Source: a virus
Length of the DNA: 64,000 nucleotides
Strand: one strand, 5' to 3'
IMG/VR virus record: IMGVR_UViG_3300045391_000992
Span: 1 to 64,000 of that record
Part shown: one piece after another, positions 59,531 through 64,000 of the stretch
How positions within the stretch are numbered: the stretch's first letter is position 1
How the letters are laid out: each line of letters starts with the position of its first letter
Notes under the pieces: generated by a model
What the model saw: the letters and a program-made list of their open reading frames with translations, nothing else
Told to the model about the DNA's origin: nothing
Database searches by the model: none
Made by a program: the position numbers and the translations under genes

Positions 59531-61777
59531 TTAATCCTCAGCTGGGGTTTCAGTGATAGTCTTGACACGACCATGCTCGTCGTGCTCGACCTGCTTCGTG
59601 ACCTTGCCGCTCTTCACATGGACATCCACGTGAACGACTGGGGCCGGAACGACAATCGGAGCCGGCGGTGTGGTAACTACGTCAGTCGCTAGCTCCTTCG
59701 GCGCGTTGAAGAAGCCATCATCGGGCTTGATCTCCTCGAACTCCTCGGGTCCGAGCATGATCGGTCCGGTGTAGGCCGGGAGCGTCAAGGGATTGATCGC
59801 ACCCGCGTCGGCCGAGATCGACACGTGCGGTGTGTAGTCGTCATAGTCCCAAGTGCCGCCCGTGCGGTCGAGGATCGAGCAGTGCCGCCACGACAGGTCG
59901 GAGTTCGCGAACGCGAGCACCAGATACTTGCCGAACTGTTCGTTGACGCGCGGACCACCAGCCTTGACCGTGAGGTTGCCGTTCTGGTCGTTGCCCCAAG
60001 TGTCTTCGCCAACCTTGAGCCAATCGACCGGGGTCTTCGAATAACACACCGTCACATGCATGTCGGCGCCCATGACGTTCTGCACACCCGCGTCCTTGTA
60101 GAACTTTGCAATGTCGCGCCAGTTCAGCACGGGGCGGTTGATGTACAGTGTCCGCGGCGTGCTCGCGTCGATCAGCTGTGCGTCGCGAATACGGGTCGCC
60201 ATGGCTTCGATCGCAGCATCCTGCCCCACTACCTTCTTCTTGGGAGGCGGCACGGACTTGCTGGGAGACGGCACAGGCGGTTCGTTCGCGTTCGCCGGGG
60301 CAGGAGGCGCATTCGGATCGGGAATTGCTCGTGCCATCGCCTCGGGATCGTTCGGATCGGGAGCCTGCCCGGTCTGCGGATCGATCATGGGCGTCGCCGC
60401 AGGAGCAGCAGGCGTCTCACGCTCATTGATGTCCGTACCGTACTCTTCAATGATCTGCTCGATGCCCGGGTAGAAGCCAGACTCGATCAGCTGGTTCTCG
60501 CGTGCCTTCTGCAGAACCATCGGGTCCATGAGGCCAGCAGTGACGTCGGCAGTCATAACGTTTGCCTGCTGCACGGCGATAGCGGCCTTGGCGGCATCGT
60601 CCATCTGCCATAGCGGGTTCCAATTGTAGAACATGCCATCGGGCGCTTTGCCGAAGGCCGAGATCTGGAGCAGTGTGTCGAGCGGGGAGATCGTCGGTGC
60701 GATCTCGATCTTCTGCTCGGTGCTGACGCGGTCGTAGTAATTGCGGGTATCGGAGTCACCGGTCGCATTCATGCCCTTGGGCGCCTGACCAAGGAAGCGT
60801 GTCGCGGGAATGTCGGCCGCGCCGCACACTACAAGGAAGAACTCCTGCATCACCTCGGGCATGCCGGTGAAGATCTGATTGACGCGCGTCCATTCCTCTT
60901 CCTTGTCGATCAACAGCACGCTGTAAATCGACTTCATCACACCCGCCATGGCGAAGCGAGTCTTCAGTCGGTTCTCGTACTCGGTGCTGCTGATGCGCTC
61001 GGAGAGTTCGGGGATCTTGACGATATCGACCTTGGCTTCTTGAATGAGCGAGGTCATCGACTGCATGACGGTGCCGGTCGCGATCACGGCATCAGCGACG
61101 ATCTGCAACACCGAGTCACCCCAGCCCATCGACTGATTGATGTCCGGAACCTCGGCCCCGACGAAGCGGCAGATGCGCGATGGGTGAATACGAACCACGG
61201 TCTGCCCCGGCACCGAACGATCGTAGTATGAGGGGGTGCCGAAGTAGGGCGACGTGATGTCCCAATCGATTTGACCGGCGCTGATCTCGTAGCGATTGAC
61301 GACATGCACGAACTTGAGACAGCCTTCACCGAGCTTGTCCATGTCGAGCGGCTCTTCCGGCTTGCCCTGATCAACGCCGAGCACGAGCGCAGCGCCTCCG
61401 TACAGACGGGCACGCTGCAGGACCGACATGACCTTGCGCTGAATGCCCAGCGACTCCTCGAGATCTGAGATCTTCGCGATGTCCTCGGAGTCGGCCTGCC
61501 ATGTGCGCCACTCGCGTGTCGCGTCGAATGACGGGATGTCGATCACCTTACGGCTGATCCAGTCACCGCGGTATGCGGCCTCGGCCTGCGCTCGATCGAG
61601 CGCATTGAACGCAAACTGCGTCGCGATCGACTTGTCCTTGCCCGTGCCCATACCCGTCACGAGATTGACGAGCGAGTCTTGCGCGCGGAACAACGGATGC
61701 ACGTTGCCACCACTGACCCGCTGAACCGCAGGAGCTGCGGGCTTCGTGTCCGCAGTCCGCTTTGCCGTCTTGCCCAT
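59531..61777 (-). CDS. portal protein (DUF1073 type) fused to a C-terminal 2H-phosphoesterase-like domain
   Basis: Portal body with LVTGMGTGKDK. Pro/Ala linker at aa ~455-520. C-terminal domain with HVTV and HVSI motifs 77 aa apart. Confidence 0.75.
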   Translation of the reverse strand: MGKTAKRTADTKPAAPAVQRVSGGNVHPLFRAQDSLVNLVTGMGTGKDKSIATQFAFNALDRAQAEAAYRGDWISRKVIDIPSFDATREWRTWQADSEDIAKISDLEESLGIQRKVMSVLQRARLYGGAALVLGVDQGKPEEPLDMDKLGEGCLKFVHVVNRYEISAGQIDWDITSPYFGTPSYYDRSVPGQTVVRIHPSRICRFVGAEVPDINQSMGWGDSVLQIVADAVIATGTVMQSMTSLIQEAKVDIVKIPELSERISSTEYENRLKTRFAMAGVMKSIYSVLLIDKEEEWTRVNQIFTGMPEVMQEFFLVVCGAADIPATRFLGQAPKGMNATGDSDTRNYYDRVSTEQKIEIAPTISPLDTLLQISAFGKAPDGMFYNWNPLWQMDDAAKAAIAVQQANVMTADVTAGLMDPMVLQKARENQLIESGFYPGIEQIIEEYGTDINERETPAAPAATPMIDPQTGQAPDPNDPEAMARAIPDPNAPPAPANANEPPVPSPSKSVPPPKKKVVGQDAAIEAMATRIRDAQLIDASTPRTLYINRPVLNWRDIAKFYKDAGVQNVMGADMHVTVCYSKTPVDWLKVGEDTWGNDQNGNLTVKAGGPRVNEQFGKYLVLAFANSDLSWRHCSILDRTGGTWDYDDYTPHVSISADAGAINPLTLPAYTGPIMLGPEEFEEIKPDDGFFNAPKELATDVVTTPPAPIVVPAPVVHVDVHVKSGKVTKQVEHDEHGRVKTITETPAED

Positions 61778-63271
61778 TTAGAGTGCTCCTACCCAGCCCA
61801 TGCTGGCGTCATATTTGTAAGTCTTGGCGACACACTTCGCGAACGCACCGGCGGTGCTGTCCACCTGATCCTTGTACTTGCCGTTCGGCCAGACTTCATG
61901 CTCGTCAATGAAGTCCTGAGTCCACGGCGCAGCTAGCACGATCACGTGACCAGCCTGTTGCTGCGCGGCGTAGGGCTCGGCCCTGATCTCCTTCGACCCC
62001 GTGACCTTGTCGGCCTTGGCGGGGAAGCCAGCGAGCATCGCGATCGAACGTTCCGCAGACTCCTTACCACCGGAGCCGGGTTCCTGCTCGAGCCAGATCT
62101 CAACACGGCCCCAATCGGCTTGATCGTTCTTCGCGGTCTGCAGAATGGCCTGCTCACGCTCGAGGCTCGACCACTGACCGCGCGTGATGTTCGCCACGAA
62201 GAACGTGCCATTCTTCAGCCAGAGCATGAGCGTGCCCGACGTGTAGGCGCCACCACCTGCAGTGCCGGCCTTGTCCCAGTAACGAACCGCCTTCTTGACT
62301 TCCTCGCGAGTCGGCAGCACGTCCGATCGCTTGAACTTCACGACCGGGAACATGCCCCCGCCCGACACGACCGGCATCTGTTGATACAGCGATGCCCACG
62401 ACGACGCAGTGTATGATTCCTTGCGTTCCATCAAGAAGTCATACGACTTGTACTCAGGGAACAATGGCTCGTCCACGTCGCGAGGATCGATCGCGTCGTT
62501 CTTCCAGCCCTCGGGCGTGTCGCAGTATAGCGCAGGGAACTTCAGCACCCGGGTGTTCGGGAACTTCTGCAACCAGCGTCCGGCCGGGTCGTCAACATGC
62601 CAACGCGTCAGCGTCATGATGAACCCAGCATCGTCAGTGAAGCGGCTGAGGAAGTCGTCCATCAGCCAGTTCCACGTCTTGTCGCGCACCACCTTGGACT
62701 GCGCTTCTTCACGGCCCTTGATCGGATCGTCCACGACACCGAGGCCGGCCGTCTTACCAGTAACCTGTCCGCGAACGGTCGTGTTCCTGAAGTAGCCCCT
62801 GTGCCCCGGGAACTCAATGAAGCTCGAGTTCTTCGCATACTCGGTCTCGTGATCGAACGCCATGCGCATGTCGGGGAATACACGCCCGAACTTCTCGCGG
62901 TCACCCCATATACGCTGCAGGCTCGAGTTCGCGACGTCGCCAAGGTCGTTCGAGAACGAACCGTAGATCGTCTTCAGCGACGGGCGACGCCCCATTGCCC
63001 ATGCCATCGCATCGATCAGGCCGCGCGACTTACCATGCTGCGGCGGCGCTTCAATCACAAGCTTGGGCCGCTGCCCCTGCTCCATGCGCTGGAAGAAGTC
63101 TTGAAACTCCTGCGACATGTAGGCGACCCACCACCCCTTGACGATAGTCGGATCGATGTACTGCCGAAAGGCCCAGAGCGATTGACGCGCTTCATAGGCC
63201 CAGTAATCTTCCATCAGGTCGAGATCTTCCTCGCTGATGGGTGTGAATTCTTTCGCCTTGCGGTGCTTCAT
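61778..63271 (-). CDS. terL: terminase large subunit
   Basis: Start at MKHRKAKEF, in an ATGA overlap. Walker A-like PPQHGKS, LGVVDDP, and nuclease-domain YWDKAGTAGGGAYTSG. Confidence 0.8.
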   Translation of the reverse strand: MKHRKAKEFTPISEEDLDLMEDYWAYEARQSLWAFRQYIDPTIVKGWWVAYMSQEFQDFFQRMEQGQRPKLVIEAPPQHGKSRGLIDAMAWAMGRRPSLKTIYGSFSNDLGDVANSSLQRIWGDREKFGRVFPDMRMAFDHETEYAKNSSFIEFPGHRGYFRNTTVRGQVTGKTAGLGVVDDPIKGREEAQSKVVRDKTWNWLMDDFLSRFTDDAGFIMTLTRWHVDDPAGRWLQKFPNTRVLKFPALYCDTPEGWKNDAIDPRDVDEPLFPEYKSYDFLMERKESYTASSWASLYQQMPVVSGGGMFPVVKFKRSDVLPTREEVKKAVRYWDKAGTAGGGAYTSGTLMLWLKNGTFFVANITRGQWSSLEREQAILQTAKNDQADWGRVEIWLEQEPGSGGKESAERSIAMLAGFPAKADKVTGSKEIRAEPYAAQQQAGHVIVLAAPWTQDFIDEHEVWPNGKYKDQVDSTAGAFAKCVAKTYKYDASMGWVGAL

Positions 63272-63471
63272 GCGTCGCCCCGATTGACCCGAGCATACAG
63301 CTGCTCGAGGGTTTCGTTTTCGTCGTGGGCCAGAACGCAATCGTCGCACGGCTTAGCAGACGTGCGATACTTGTTGCGCGTGCATCCCTTGCCCACACCA
63401 CGACATGCCCATAGCTTGAGCTTGCCATCCGTGTCGCGGTACAAGATCGTTTGAATGTTCAGTGTGGTCAT
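63268..63471 (-). CDS. small Cys-containing protein (67 aa)
   Basis: ORF track. Coupled to terL. Confidence 0.45.
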   Translation of the reverse strand: MTTLNIQTILYRDTDGKLKLWACRGVGKGCTRNKYRTSAKPCDDCVLAHDENETLEQLYARVNRGDA

Positions 63472-63527
63472 GTGGAACAGGCCGAGGCGGTTAGACCCCG
63501 GCCTCCCATTCCAACCAGGCGCTTCGA

Positions 63528-63941
63528 TCAGGACGCCGGCTCGACCGGAGTGCCGGCAGTCACCGCATCGGCGACGGTCTGGGCATTCGAGGTCTCGGTC
63601 GCCAGGATCGAGTCGATCGTGTCCGACAGCTTCTGCAAGGCCGCCGGATCGTTCTGCGACTGCAGGTCCTTGATCTGCTGCTGCAGCGCCGCCAGCACGT
63701 CGTTCTGATGGAGCACCACGGTCTTGACGCTGTTGGCAACGTCGGTATCGGCCTGCACCTTCTGCAGGGTGGTATCGGCTTTCGCTTGGAGGTCAGCAAC
63801 GTTCATGGCTATCACACTTTCTCTGTTCAACACTTGAGCCAACATTGTTTCGATGTTGTCGAGTCGATCGAGAACATCACCGACCCAGCCTGGCTCTTCG
63901 CTGGGTTGATTTACGAAATGGACGAATATGTCGAGACGCAT
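63528..63941 (-). CDS. coiled-coil hypothetical protein (137 aa)
   Basis: AAAGGAAA upstream of the ATG. Heptad-like LQAKADTTLQKVQ..LQQQIKDLQ. Confidence 0.5.
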   Translation of the reverse strand: MRLDIFVHFVNQPSEEPGWVGDVLDRLDNIETMLAQVLNRESVIAMNVADLQAKADTTLQKVQADTDVANSVKTVVLHQNDVLAALQQQIKDLQSQNDPAALQKLSDTIDSILATETSNAQTVADAVTAGTPVEPAS

Positions 63942-64000
63942 GTTACGGTTTCCTTTCGTTATTACGCGCTGACCACGTATCGAACCAACGCTTGCGCGCT

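Noticed and set aside
63472-63527. Hairpin GGCCGGGG-N8-CCTCGGCC after gene 63528-63941, considered as a terminator.
   Set aside because: It has one stem mismatch and no downstream T-run, and the next gene follows within 57 nt in the same operon.

Overview
This window reads as most of a GC-rich tailed-phage (siphovirus-type) genome. It is almost entirely coding, and all genes but one lie on the minus strand. Many neighbouring genes are translationally coupled through ATGA or TGATG start/stop overlaps.

Read in transcription order (64000 down to 1):
- Packaging and head module: large terminase, a DUF1073-type portal, MuF-like protein, scaffold, decoration-like protein and major capsid protein. 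Fibre-like genes and a glycosyltransferase/methyltransferase cluster are inserted within it.
- Neck, tail tube, tail chaperone with a -1 frameshift site, tape measure, tail tip and fibres.
- Lysis cassette.
- A ~700-bp AT-richer non-coding region, followed by a block of small DNA-binding regulators.
- RNase H, QueE, a DnaB-like helicase, one lone plus-strand H1-like gene, and an SNF2 helicase.
- An operon of small genes punctuated by eight copies of a structured ~75-nt repeat.
- Replication and modification genes: primase, sigma-like factor, QueD-like protein, FolE, DpdA-like transglycosylase, sliding clamp, family-A polymerase with a UDG-like N-terminus, clamp loader and a gp32-like SSB.

I found no rRNA, tRNA, CRISPR array, integrase or transposase. 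All functional calls rest on motif recognition by eye; no database search was run. Coordinates include the stop codon. Many starts were moved inward from the ORF track, which often extends upstream into non-coding, R/P-rich translation.
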